Below, piece by piece: positions 20,716 through 30,740 of a stretch of DNA of 64,000 nucleotides. The DNA comes from a virus. The notes beneath the pieces were generated by a model. The model had not been told where the DNA came from and did no database searches. It saw only the letters and a program-made list of their open reading frames with translations. Positions within the stretch are counted from its first letter, which is position 1. Each line of letters starts with the position of its first letter. Position numbers and translations under genes: made by a program. The stretch covers positions 1 to 64,000 of the IMG/VR virus record IMGVR_UViG_3300033997_000310; one strand, written 5' to 3'.

Positions 20716-20880
20716 TTCACTCTCCTCATCAACGCTCGCGCACTGGTCATGGTGCGGCCGCGCAGGCCAGCCTCAATCCGTGCCTCAAATGCCATCTGGT
20801 TCAACCTTTGGAACGTCTCCGACCAATCGTCATCACCGCAGCATGTGCAGGTGAATGTCCTTCTGAACGTCGTCGGCAGA

Positions 20881-21273
20881 TCATGCGGCCGGAACGACGG
20901 ATCCGAATCGGGAAGGGGCGGCGACACGATGCGCAGATCGGTGACGTCTGACACCGGCTCCACGCCCACGAACAATCGGCCCTTCATCGGCAGCATCTTC
21001 GTCCTCCACATCGACAATCTCGTACATGGTCCGACTGCGGCCCCTGGCCCGCAGCACGCGCAAGCGCACTGACCAGCCGCATTGCACCAGGTCATGCACA
21101 AGCTGGTTAATGGCCCTGGAAATGCACTGCTCAGCATCGACAGGCTCGTTGTCGTCGTAAACAGCCGATATCAGCTCGTCGATCGACACAGCCCGGCCGC
21201 GGCACTGGCACATCTTGCGCCAGATGGCCGCCTTCACGCGCCTGATGCGGCCGTTGTCGGAATACCGCGCCAT
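20881..21273 (-). CDS. Winged-helix (OmpR C-terminal-like) DNA-binding protein
   Basis: GRAVSIDELISAVYDD...CISRAINQL pattern. Confidence 0.6.
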   Translation of the reverse strand: MARYSDNGRIRRVKAAIWRKMCQCRGRAVSIDELISAVYDDNEPVDAEQCISRAINQLVHDLVQCGWSVRLRVLRARGRSRTMYEIVDVEDEDAADEGPIVRGRGAGVRRHRSAHRVAAPSRFGSVVPAA

Positions 21274-22696
21274 CACCGCACATCCATCGGGCAGTCGCAG
21301 AACGGACAATGGATCCGCTTCAGGCACGTCTCCTCGTCGTCGCCGCAGACTTTGCATCGCGGGCCGCCCAGCAGCCGCTTGTGGAAGATCAACAGCAGCA
21401 CGACCGATATCAGACCGGCCCAGCCCATCCAGCCCATGACTTCCTCCTCATTGCAGGTATTGCGACTCGCCGTCGTCCTCAAAGGCGCCAGCGTCGTCCA
21501 GTTCTTCAGTGTGGTCGGCCAGATCGCGCTTGATGGCTTCGTCCAGTATGGCGTCAAACGCGGGCCCAAGGCGGGTTTCATCAAAGCATTCGGGTTCATC
21601 GGCGCTGGTCATACTTCCTCTCCCATTCTTCAATGGCAGTGCGCATGTCGCCGCCAACTGCCCGCCAGTCTCCCCGCAGAGCCCTGGCATCGTCGCGGAA
21701 ATCACCCAGGCGCGGCGGCCTATTATCGTGTGATGGCCACCAGTTGAAGGCGGCAGCGAACCCCCGCAGGAAGTCCAGCAGTGCGCGCTTCATGATGCAC
21801 CAGCATGCGCAAGCCTGAATTGCCGAACCTCTTTCGGTGGCGGGTCGGCGCAGGCCATGGCGTAGAGGCAAATCACATCAATCGTGATTTTCAGGTCAGG
21901 CCAGCCAAGGCTCTGAAAGCCATTCAGGGCCGCATCAACAGGGATCATAACAAAAGGAACACTGGCAAAAAGCACGCGCAAAAACACGTGCGTCAGACGG
22001 AACCGAGATGCCCCATCTTTCATCGAGCTATGGCGCCACAACTTGATGGTGATAACGACAAACCACAGCATGTAAATGCCAAGAGATATAGCGATCCAGA
22101 TGGTGCCGACACCACTCAGCAGGCGCATGCCGTTGAAGATGATCACGCAAGCCAGCGCCGCATAATTGGCCTGGCGCGCGATTCCCCACTGCGTCCAGCC
22201 GAACATGCGTCCGCACCAGTTCACCGCCGGCTGGAACACGCGGTCGATCAGGAAGTCGTCAACGGCGCGCATGGATCATGGCCTCCATGATCGCCACCAC
22301 GGGCAGCAGCACCACCGCAAGCAGCACGGCCGCAATGAAGAAAGCGACGAGATAGACCGGCCATAGCACCGGCAGCAGGATCAGCCACCACGAGACGTTG
22401 ATGACGCCGCTGATCTGTAAGGCGACCAGGGCGACCGTCACGGCGATGCACGGGATGATGAGGTTTATCGTCTTCATGATGCTTCACAGCTTTTCGATGG
22501 TGTATCGCTCGATCTTGGCATCGGTGAAGTAGCGAACGTAAGTTCCGCCGACTTCGCAATGTTCGCGCGTCTCCAGGCCAACGTACAGGCCCCGGCCCTC
22601 TGCCTCGCCAACGGCGTCATAGAGGGCCTTGTGCCGGGCGCGGATTTCGGCGGCCAGTTCGGCGTCGGACAGCTTGGTCAGGTCGGTGGTGGTCAT
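21273..22696 (-). other. Six small genes including two membrane proteins (21790-22272, 22259-22477)
   Basis: Coupled ORFs with hydrophobic segments. Confidence 0.55.
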
Positions 22697-22718
22697 CTGG
22701 TGATTCCGTGCAGGTGGT

Positions 22719-22796
22719 TGGTGGGCGCGGCTGGATTTGAACCAGCGACCTAGGGGCTAGAAAACCCTTGCTCTAATCCTGCTGAGCTACGCGCCC
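22719..22796 (-). tRNA. tRNA-Arg(UCU)
   Basis: Cloverleaf GGGCGCG/CGCGCCC, loop TT-TCT-AG, A20 Arg identity base, TTCAAAT T-loop, encoded CCA; U31-C39 mismatch. Confidence 0.9.
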
Positions 22797-22827
22797 GTGG
22801 CCAGCGGCTTGCGCCGCCGGCTGCTGA

Positions 22828-23100
22828 TCAGTTCAAGGCGCCCTTCAACGTGGTCGACGGCTTGAAGTGTGGCTTCTTGTGGGCATCGACCTGCACACTT
22901 TCGCCAGTGCGCGGATTGCGGCGCTCGCCGGCGGGGACGTCCTTGACGGAGAAGGTGCCGAACGTCGAAATGCTGATGCTGCCGGAGCGGCGCAGCTCCG
23001 CGACGATACCGTCGAACACCGCATCCACCGCCTTCTTCGAGTCGGCCTTCGTCAGGCCGGTCTGCCCGGCCACATAGTTGACCAGATCGGTCTTGCTCAT
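22828..23100 (-). CDS. hup: HU-family DNA-binding protein
   Basis: MSKTDLV, FGTF, RNPRTGE, PHFKPS...LK; promoter TTGACG-17-TAGCGT at 23180-23152. Confidence 0.95.
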   Translation of the reverse strand: MSKTDLVNYVAGQTGLTKADSKKAVDAVFDGIVAELRRSGSISISTFGTFSVKDVPAGERRNPRTGESVQVDAHKKPHFKPSTTLKGALN

Positions 23101-23264
23101 CTCAGATTTCCTTGTGGGGTGGGCATTTCTGCCCCGTTGGGTGTGATTTCGACGCTATGCCCGTTCGCTCATTGCGTCAATGAAAAATATCCATATTTTT
23201 GTTGCGGGCACCGAAATTCTGTGCGCACCATCGGCCAACCCAACACCCAACATCGAGACTCAAT

Positions 23265-24956
23265 ATGAGCGACAATTCCAAGGACAAGGCGGACATCGCG
23301 GTCAAGTTTGAGCGCGAAGTTCTGCGCTGCGTGGACGGCCTGGCCGGCGCTGCGATTGACGGGCAGGGGGCCGCTGACCGGATCGGGTTCATCGACCATG
23401 TGATGAACCTGCGCAACACGGCTCGGCATACGGTTATCAACTACCCGATGCGGGACACGGACAGCGCCGCTCGCATCGCTGACCTGGAAACCCAGATCGC
23501 CAACAAGGACAAAGCGATTGCTACGGCGACTTCTGCGCTGCTGGCAGTGAAAACACCGGTAGACCAGCGCATCGAAACCCTGGCCCGCGAGAAGATGCAG
23601 GTCACGACGGTGCTGCGGGTGCTGGCCGACGAGGTTTTCGCGTCGGGACTGGTGCTGCCTGCCGACATTGAACAGCCGCGCGACGGCCTGTCACGCGCCT
23701 ACCACGATGCGCGGGAGATGCTGAATGGCCAGCCCGCTCACCCCGACGACATCGCCATCGACCGCTTCGCCGCCGCCATGAAGACGAAGATGGCCAAGAA
23801 GCGCGCCGATGGTCGCGGGGGCTGGGATGATCCGGCGCAATGCAGCACGGGCAGGCTGGCCGAGATGCTGGTCGATCACCTGCCAAAGGGCGACCCGGTC
23901 GATATTGCCAACTTCGCCATGATGCTTTTCCACCGCGATGGTGGAGGTCGGGCCCTGGAGCTGGCTGGCGATGCTGTTTGCATGGCTATCCAGCATGCAA
24001 AGAATTCGATCCACCTCTTCGTCCCCAACAGCGACTACCAGGATTTCCTGAAGCTGCGCGGGTGGGCGCAGGACAACGGCTGGCGCGGCTTCGGGATAAG
24101 CGGCTGCACCGCCCTGCAATACTGCCTGCGCGAGCTGACGGCGCGCGTCCGGCTGGAGGATGTGCCGAACCGGGCCGAGCAGCCCATGGCCATCATTCAC
24201 GACGACACGAAGGTCACGCTGGCCAGCTACTCCGACGGCCTGGACAGCATCGACCTGCATATCGTGGGCGTGGACGGAAAGTCACGCCGGCGCCGGTATA
24301 CGGCCGATGATATGAAGCCGGCCATCAACGACTTCACCAAGCCCATCCTGACCTGGAGCGATGGCGCCAAGGTCTTCGTCAGCAGCGTCAACAACGATCT
24401 GACGGACCTGCGGCTGCGCATTGTCTACCAGGATGGCGGCACGTCGATCCGGCGCTTTTTGATGGCCGACGACGCGGAGCGCGACACGGTTCCCGCCACC
24501 GCCATGCCGGCTGAAACCATCGCCTCCGCGCCCAAGCACATGACGCAGCAGGAATTCGGAAGTCTACGTCCTGGCGATGTAGTGCGGCGGGTCAAGGACG
24601 GGAAGACCGTCCGTATTCACAGCAGAAATTCGTGGAACGGATTCAGCGGGCACGCGGTTGATGATGGCTCGCCCTACGGCGTCAACCTGTATATCGGTTG
24701 GGCCTTGGTAAGTCGGGCCCGTGATGCTCAGCCTCACATGACCGAGAAGGAGTTCGACAACCTCCAGCCTGGGGATGTGGTTCTGGGTCTTCACAGCGGC
24801 AATGGCTATGTGATTGAGGCGCCAATCGAAGGTCCAAACGGCATCTACTACAGGGCTGTGCGCCGCACGCATGTGTCTAATCACCTGGAATGGGCCCTGG
24901 TCAGCAAGGCCACCCAGCCCCAGCCGCCGGTCTCCGGCACCAGCGACAACCTCTGA
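23265..24956 (+). CDS. Mosaic multidomain protein with two pairs of internal repeats
   Basis: Coiled coil; phage HPDD..RFAAAMK..KGDPVDIANFAMML domain; duplicated units ending in ADD and duplicated HMT..EF..L.PGDVV..WALVS.A units. Confidence 0.75.
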   Translation: MSDNSKDKADIAVKFEREVLRCVDGLAGAAIDGQGAADRIGFIDHVMNLRNTARHTVINYPMRDTDSAARIADLETQIANKDKAIATATSALLAVKTPVDQRIETLAREKMQVTTVLRVLADEVFASGLVLPADIEQPRDGLSRAYHDAREMLNGQPAHPDDIAIDRFAAAMKTKMAKKRADGRGGWDDPAQCSTGRLAEMLVDHLPKGDPVDIANFAMMLFHRDGGGRALELAGDAVCMAIQHAKNSIHLFVPNSDYQDFLKLRGWAQDNGWRGFGISGCTALQYCLRELTARVRLEDVPNRAEQPMAIIHDDTKVTLASYSDGLDSIDLHIVGVDGKSRRRRYTADDMKPAINDFTKPILTWSDGAKVFVSSVNNDLTDLRLRIVYQDGGTSIRRFLMADDAERDTVPATAMPAETIASAPKHMTQQEFGSLRPGDVVRRVKDGKTVRIHSRNSWNGFSGHAVDDGSPYGVNLYIGWALVSRARDAQPHMTEKEFDNLQPGDVVLGLHSGNGYVIEAPIEGPNGIYYRAVRRTHVSNHLEWALVSKATQPQPPVSGTSDNL

Positions 24957-24970
24957 CCGGAGCGCAAAGC

Positions 24971-25837
24971 ATGACCGACAAGAACCGTCGCCGCTATGGC
25001 GACAACGACAAGCATTTCGGCCCATTCACCTTCTGTCGCCACGACAAGCACTGGACGATCAAAGGAATCGAACTGAATTCCGGTGGACAGGACGATGATG
25101 AAGATGATGGCCGCAACGGCTGTCACCTTCTTCTGCACACCGCATGGTGGACACTGATCCTGGAACTGCCGCGCATCGTGCGTCCGAAACGCAAGTGGGT
25201 CGATTGCTCGAAATGGAACGGTGCTGGCTCCGGATATTGGGCTGAGAACGGCCGCGTGTATGGCTTCACCGTCAGCGATGGCTATTTGTCCGTTAAGTAC
25301 GGCGTGCAGACCAACGACAGCAGCACGGATCAGTCATGGGGATGGCTCCTGCCATGGACGCAGTGGCGGTTCGTCCGACACAGCCTGTATGGCCTGTTGG
25401 GCGAGCATGTGTGGACCGAACTGGAGAAGGGTGCCAAGCGCGGCATTGACCGGTACGAAGCGCGGCGCGCGGCGGAAGACGCCGTGCCCAAGGCCCTTTT
25501 CTCCATCATCGACTTCGATGGCCAGAAGATCACCGCCACCACCCATATCGAGGAACGTGAATGGCGCTTCGGTGAGGGCTGGTTCAAGTGGCTCTCGCTG
25601 TTCCGCCGCCCAAAGATTCGCCGTAGCCTGTCCATCTCGTTCGACAAGGAAGTCGGTAAGTCCAAAGGTTCATGGAAGGGAGGGATGGTCGGCACCAGCA
25701 TCGACATGCTGCGTGGCGAACTGCATGAGGCTGCCTTCAGGCGCTTCTGTGCAGAGGAGCATCGCTCCAAGGAAGGTCGCTACAGGGTAACATTCGCCGG
25801 GCCGATATCACCGATGCCAGCCCCTGTAACCGCCTAA
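24971..25837 (+). CDS. Trp-rich hypothetical phage protein
   Basis: GGAG RBS; long ORF with GC3-biased codons. Confidence 0.7.
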   Translation: MTDKNRRRYGDNDKHFGPFTFCRHDKHWTIKGIELNSGGQDDDEDDGRNGCHLLLHTAWWTLILELPRIVRPKRKWVDCSKWNGAGSGYWAENGRVYGFTVSDGYLSVKYGVQTNDSSTDQSWGWLLPWTQWRFVRHSLYGLLGEHVWTELEKGAKRGIDRYEARRAAEDAVPKALFSIIDFDGQKITATTHIEEREWRFGEGWFKWLSLFRRPKIRRSLSISFDKEVGKSKGSWKGGMVGTSIDMLRGELHEAAFRRFCAEEHRSKEGRYRVTFAGPISPMPAPVTA

Positions 25838-25849
25838 TCGGAGCGCACC

Positions 25850-26650
25850 ATGGACATCCTGATCATCGCCATCCAGATCGCCATATGGATTGGGTGCTAC
25901 TTCCTGGCCGGGAGTGTCGTAACCACTCTCATCCTGATTTTGTCCGATCAGTTCAATGGGCCGGACGTTTTATCGCCACTGAATATTCTGGTCACTATGG
26001 CTTTGTGGCCGCTGGCGTTCATCCTCGTGCTTGCTGGCCTTCACGATCACCTGATTGCCGCAATCAAACAACGCCACGGGTGGGCATGATGCACGCCTAC
26101 ATCTCCACCCGCCGGGCCGAAGCCCGCGCCATCCTCCGCAACCCGGCCAGCAGCGACAGCCTGCGCGCACTGGCCGCCCGGTTCCTCTTGCAATGGGGTG
26201 TTTTCTGATGCGCATGATAATGATCGCGGCCATGGCCGTTCTGCTGGCCGCATGCGGCGACCAGGACGTCGTCAGCAGACAAGTCGAGCCATTCGGTTTC
26301 CACGACGTAAAGTTCTCCAGCCTTCGTCAAGTATATGTCGATGGACAGCGGCGTATCTGTCGAGGCTTCACTGCGAAGTCAACCGCAGGAAAGGAGGTTT
26401 CCGGAGCTGCCTGTGCATCGGCGGGTGGGAATGGATTCTATCTTCACTTGGATGCATAGAAATGCCCACCGTCGCATCCCAGACCCAGGACATCATCGCC
26501 GCCATCGCCCGCCGCGCCGACACCCTGGAGCGGCTGGGATGCGATGAGACCATTGACCGGGCCGGCGGTCGCGCCACGTGCCCAACCCCCACCTTCTGCG
26601 CCGAAATCGGATGCTCCCGCGTCCGCACCCAACGAGACCGCAATGACTGA
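25850..26650 (+). other. Four small genes: membrane protein (25850-26089), 39-aa peptide, lipoprotein (26208-26459), Cys peptide (26462-26650)
   Basis: LAAC lipobox in 26208-26459; coupled ORFs. Confidence 0.6.
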
Positions 26651-27884
26651 CATCTTCCCCGATCACTGGTCACCTATTCAGCTTCAGCGCGCCACCAAGA
26701 TCCTCAACTTTCTGGTCGCCGCTTGCCACGAAAAGCGCCGCTGCCCGCCAAACGTTGAAATGGCGTCCACGCTGGTCATGCCGGAAATCGCAGTAGGGCG
26801 AGTCCTGCGCGATATGAGCGATGCAGGCATCATTGAAGTGCTGATGTACGGCACCAACTGGCGCCAGATCATCATCAAGGCTGGATCAAATGCCGGGCAG
26901 AAGACCGCCTCTCCGCCGTCTGGTAATGGGCAGCCGCGGCCCTATTATGCGACCCCGGCTGACAAATCCGTCATCAATCTCGAAGCCGTCATGAAGGCCA
27001 CTTGTGAGGCGTTCAGCGTTGAAGACGCCGCGCTTGCCGGCCGCGATCGACAGCCGCCGCTGGTCATGGCCCGCAACGTGGCATGCTGGGTGGCGTATCG
27101 CGGGTTGGGCGTGCCTGCCGCGATGGTGGGAAAGCGTCTCAACCGCGACCAGACCACAATCATGATGACGGCAAAGGCTGGCGCCGAGGCTTCGCTCACT
27201 GACGACGGGTTCCGCGACATGCTGGAGCGTGTGTCGGTTGCGGCCTGCAGGGCCATCGGCACCGTGCCGCCGGCATTGCCAACCGCTGACAGTCGCGGCC
27301 AACCGGCGCCTTCACACCAGGGCACGCCGACGGCCGATCAGATCGTCAACGTCATCCGTCGCTGTGCTGCACGCGGGCATGCGCTCCCGGCCCTTAAGGA
27401 CTTCGCCAAGATTGCCGAGACTTCCGTCGGCTACACCAAGATCGTGCTGCTGCGAATGCTGTCCAATGGCGAGGCGTCGCTGCGGCACGATCCGGGGGAC
27501 AGCTTCTATCGCCTGAAGGACGGCACCGAGGCCCGCGTCACCAAGGACACGATCCCCTTTGAGCGGCCGAACATGGAGCCGCGCCCGATCCCTCAGGTTC
27601 GAGGTGTGACGCCGCTGTCACCAAAGACGGCGCCTGAAATCACCACCATTCGCCGCATCCAGGCGGACCAGGGCCCACTGCCGCCGGCTCGCACCTGCCA
27701 GTGGCTCGATGGCGAGCCGCGTGATCGGAACTTCTGCGGTGAGCCAAGCCAGCCGGGCAGCAGCTATTGCGCAGAGCATCACGCCCGGTGCTGGTACAAG
27801 GCGCCGGGCAAGGCAACGGGCAGCGTGGAGACCTTCCACCTGTTCAAGCAGCACAAGCCGTCAGGGAAAGACGCGCGGTTCTGA
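26643..27884 (+). CDS. Chimeric regulator: wHTH + DnaA domain IV + HTH + GcrA-type Zn domain
   Basis: ATCEAFSV..LAGRDRQPPLVMARNVACW..VGKRLNRDQTTI (DnaA_C-like); TCQWLDGEP..FCGEPSQPGSSYCAEH (GcrA C-terminal-like). Confidence 0.8.
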   Translation: MTDIFPDHWSPIQLQRATKILNFLVAACHEKRRCPPNVEMASTLVMPEIAVGRVLRDMSDAGIIEVLMYGTNWRQIIIKAGSNAGQKTASPPSGNGQPRPYYATPADKSVINLEAVMKATCEAFSVEDAALAGRDRQPPLVMARNVACWVAYRGLGVPAAMVGKRLNRDQTTIMMTAKAGAEASLTDDGFRDMLERVSVAACRAIGTVPPALPTADSRGQPAPSHQGTPTADQIVNVIRRCAARGHALPALKDFAKIAETSVGYTKIVLLRMLSNGEASLRHDPGDSFYRLKDGTEARVTKDTIPFERPNMEPRPIPQVRGVTPLSPKTAPEITTIRRIQADQGPLPPARTCQWLDGEPRDRNFCGEPSQPGSSYCAEHHARCWYKAPGKATGSVETFHLFKQHKPSGKDARF

Positions 27885-27903
27885 CATTGTCGGCGGAATG
27901 TCG

Positions 27904-27935
27904 TTGCTGCGTCGGCGGCAATGAGATAATCTCAT
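27904..27935 (+). promoter_or_regulatory. Promoter with ATG-N9-CAT operator
   Basis: TTGCTG-17-TAATCT; ATGAGATAATCTCAT 27921-27935. Confidence 0.65.
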
Positions 27936-27972
27936 AATCGTTACGGCTATATGCAATTGGGGGGGCAGCGCT

Positions 27973-28680
27973 ATGGCGCATGAACGCAACAAGCCGCTTG
28001 GGCGCAAAGCCTATGGATCAATCGCCCACCTTCCCGGCAGTCGCATGGGGCCGGCAGACCATCACTGTCACGCGGGACAAGAGGCGATCTGCTTGATGAA
28101 GGCCCGCGACAAGCATGATCGGATTATCGTCACCGAAAAGCTGGACGGCAGCAATGTTGCTGTCGCCAAGGTCAATGGGGAAATCATGGCCCTTGGCCGC
28201 GCTGGCTTCCTGGCATCGTCATCGCCGTATGAGCAGCATCATTTTTTCGCGGCATGGGTTGATCGCAACCGCGACATTTTTTCTTCCCTGCTGAAGAATG
28301 GCGAGCGCGTCAACGGCGAATGGCTGGCCCTTGCACACGGCACCAGATACCAGCTTCCGCACGAGCCCTTTGTAGCTTTCGACATGATGGTCGGGGCTGT
28401 GCGGCTGCCCTGGGATGAAACCGCCAATCGGTGCCGTGAGCATGACATCGTGCTGCCCAGAGTCCTGAGCGATGGGCCGCCCTTCAACATGGATCAAATG
28501 CTGTCCGTGCTCGACGACAGCCCGCATGGCCCTCTCGACCCTGTTGAGGGCGCCGTATGGCGCGTCGAGCGCAAGGGTGCATTCGACTTCATGGCGAAGT
28601 GGGTGCGGCCTGACAAGCAAGACGGCAAGTACCTCACCGACATCACTGGCCACGAGCCGATCTGGCATTGGAGGCCGTAA
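27973..28680 (+). CDS. ATP-dependent RNA ligase (nucleotidyltransferase domain)
   Basis: EKLDGSN (I), GEW (III), AFD (IIIa), EGAVWR (IV), AKWVR (V); no OB domain. Confidence 0.85.
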   Translation: MAHERNKPLGRKAYGSIAHLPGSRMGPADHHCHAGQEAICLMKARDKHDRIIVTEKLDGSNVAVAKVNGEIMALGRAGFLASSSPYEQHHFFAAWVDRNRDIFSSLLKNGERVNGEWLALAHGTRYQLPHEPFVAFDMMVGAVRLPWDETANRCREHDIVLPRVLSDGPPFNMDQMLSVLDDSPHGPLDPVEGAVWRVERKGAFDFMAKWVRPDKQDGKYLTDITGHEPIWHWRP

Positions 28681-29426
28681 TGTCCTTCACCGTCCACTGC
28701 GGCGACTGCCGAACCATCATGCCACAGCATGGCCCGTTCGACATGATCGTCGCCGACCCGCCCTATGGCGACACCAGCCTGGAATGGGACCGTCACGTTG
28801 ATGGCTGGGAGGCGGTCGCCGCCTCTTGCCTCAAGCCAACTGGTTCCATGTGGGTGTTTGGCTCCATGCGGTTCTTCATGGCGACAGCGGACAGGTTCCG
28901 CGCCGCCGGGTTCCGCATGGCGCAGGACATCGTGTGGGAGAAGCAGAACGGCAGTGGATTTGCCGCCGACCGGTTCAAGCGCGTGCATGAACATGCGGTG
29001 CAATTCTATCTTGCCAATGCAGCATGGGGTGATGTGTTCAACGAGGTGCAGAGGCAGAAATACAGCGGACCTGACAAGCATGTTCGCCGTCGGCTTGCTC
29101 ACAGGGGTGACCATGTGGGCGCCATTGGACAGACTGGATATATTGATGACGGCACCAGGATTGTTCGCTCAGTGGTTCACGCGAGCAACCTTCAGGGGAA
29201 GGCTATCCACCCCACCGAGAAGCCATCTCCGCTGCTGGAAATCCTGATTCGGACCTCATGCCCGCCCGGCGGGCTGGTGGGCGATTTCTTCGCTGGAAGT
29301 GGTGCCGCTGGCGAAGCGTGCGCCATCTCTGGCCGCAACTACATTGGAACCGAAATCGATCCAGAGATGGCTGAGAAAGCGCGTGCGAGGCTTTCGCAGA
29401 ACCTGTTCTCAAGGGCTGCTGAATAG
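28680..29426 (+). CDS. N6-A/N4-C DNA methyltransferase, beta class
   Basis: DPPY...HPTEKP...DFFAGSG. Confidence 0.92.
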   Translation: MSFTVHCGDCRTIMPQHGPFDMIVADPPYGDTSLEWDRHVDGWEAVAASCLKPTGSMWVFGSMRFFMATADRFRAAGFRMAQDIVWEKQNGSGFAADRFKRVHEHAVQFYLANAAWGDVFNEVQRQKYSGPDKHVRRRLAHRGDHVGAIGQTGYIDDGTRIVRSVVHASNLQGKAIHPTEKPSPLLEILIRTSCPPGGLVGDFFAGSGAAGEACAISGRNYIGTEIDPEMAEKARARLSQNLFSRAAE

Positions 29427-29435
29427 GGGGAGTTG

Positions 29436-29789
29436 ATGGGAGACTCGGTTTTCATCATCCAGCGCACGGACTATCGCGACGCCTTCAATGCGGCTGAAAA
29501 GGCACTCGCGGCTTGCGGCATGAGCCTCGGTGCCATGCAGGCTGGCGATCCGGCCGGCATCATGTTCGGCGACTGGTCAATCCAGAAGTGGCGCAACCTG
29601 CGCCAGCATCATCGCCGCGATCTTCACGGCGTGCTGACCGGTGCTCGTGGCAGCAATACCATGACCATCACGATCAGGGGCGATGCCATTGCGTCGGTAA
29701 AGGGCCTGCGCGAAGCCGTGGATGCGCTTCGTGTCCTGTTGCTCACGAGCGATGCGAACCGGCGGGGTGAGCATCATGACGCCGCATAA
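29436..29789 (+). CDS. Hypothetical protein
   Basis: GGGGAG RBS; coupled to next gene. Confidence 0.6.
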   Translation: MGDSVFIIQRTDYRDAFNAAEKALAACGMSLGAMQAGDPAGIMFGDWSIQKWRNLRQHHRRDLHGVLTGARGSNTMTITIRGDAIASVKGLREAVDALRVLLLTSDANRRGEHHDAA

Positions 29790-30207
29790 ACAGCGCCTCG
29801 CCCACCGACCATCGCAGGGCCTCTATGGCGACTGCCACCGGACTTGCATTGCGTGCCTGCTGGACGTCGATCCGGCGGATGTGCCGCATCCATATGCCGG
29901 CGGCATGCTTGATGCGGACGAAGCCAACGCCGTCATCGACTCATGGCTGGGCAGCCTGTACGGCCTGCGACAAGTCCATTTCGCCTACCACGGAGAAATG
30001 GACCGCCAGCAAGTTCTGGACACCGTGAAGCACTTCAATCCGGGGCTGGCATTCATCCTGGGCGGAAGCAGCCGCAACGGCGTCGGTCACCTCGTCATCG
30101 CCCGCGACGGAGAGATCATTCACGACCCATCGCAGGACGATTCCGGGATCGTCGGACCGGCTCCGGATGGCTTCTGGTGGGTCACCATTCTGGCGAGGGC
30201 AACATGA
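29776..30207 (+). CDS. Papain/C39-like fold protein
   Basis: Q..GDCHRTCIA...GHLVI...IHDP Cys-His-Asp pattern. Confidence 0.5.
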   Translation: MTPHKQRLAHRPSQGLYGDCHRTCIACLLDVDPADVPHPYAGGMLDADEANAVIDSWLGSLYGLRQVHFAYHGEMDRQQVLDTVKHFNPGLAFILGGSSRNGVGHLVIARDGEIIHDPSQDDSGIVGPAPDGFWWVTILARAT

Positions 30208-30740
30208 ACCGCGCCGATATCGCCCTGCGCACGGCCCTGATGCGCAACGCCTACGCAGTGCCATTCATCGAGGCCGCTTTCCTGCCGCGACTGTGCTGGG
30301 GAATCGTGCGGTCCATAAAGCTGCATCCTGGCATTGATCCGGAGACTGCGAATACAGCCAGCCACATCATGGCATGCTTGGAACCGGCATGGATCGTGCC
30401 TATGGCCGCTATGGACCAGCGGCGCGCGAAACAGGCATTCAGCCTCTTGGTCGACACGATCAAGATTACCACCGATCAGTTCGCCGTCGGCGAGCATCGC
30501 AAGCTGGCGACGTGGGGCGCCACCATGGTCTTCCACCTGGGGGCAGCGCTGATCGACGCCGGCTATATGGCGCCGCTGGAGAAGGGCACTCCGCTCCAAG
30601 CTGGCATCGACGGCACGCTGCTGTGCGTGTCGGAGGCGGATCAGGAATTGTTCATGGCCCCGGCCCGCAAGCATGCGCGGCGGGTGCTGCTCCACCTCCA
30701 GGCGTTGGGCCTCTACAAGACACCGAGGTTCACGGCATGA
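30204..30740 (+). CDS. Hypothetical protein
   Basis: ATGA-coupled on both sides. Confidence 0.6.
   Translation: MNRADIALRTALMRNAYAVPFIEAAFLPRLCWGIVRSIKLHPGIDPETANTASHIMACLEPAWIVPMAAMDQRRAKQAFSLLVDTIKITTDQFAVGEHRKLATWGATMVFHLGAALIDAGYMAPLEKGTPLQAGIDGTLLCVSEADQELFMAPARKHARRVLLHLQALGLYKTPRFTA

Noticed and set aside
22750-22770. Amber suppressor reading (CTA) of the tRNA at 22719-22796
   Set aside because: Stem register puts TCT at positions 34-36, and A20 supports Arg identity; CTA is offset by one base.
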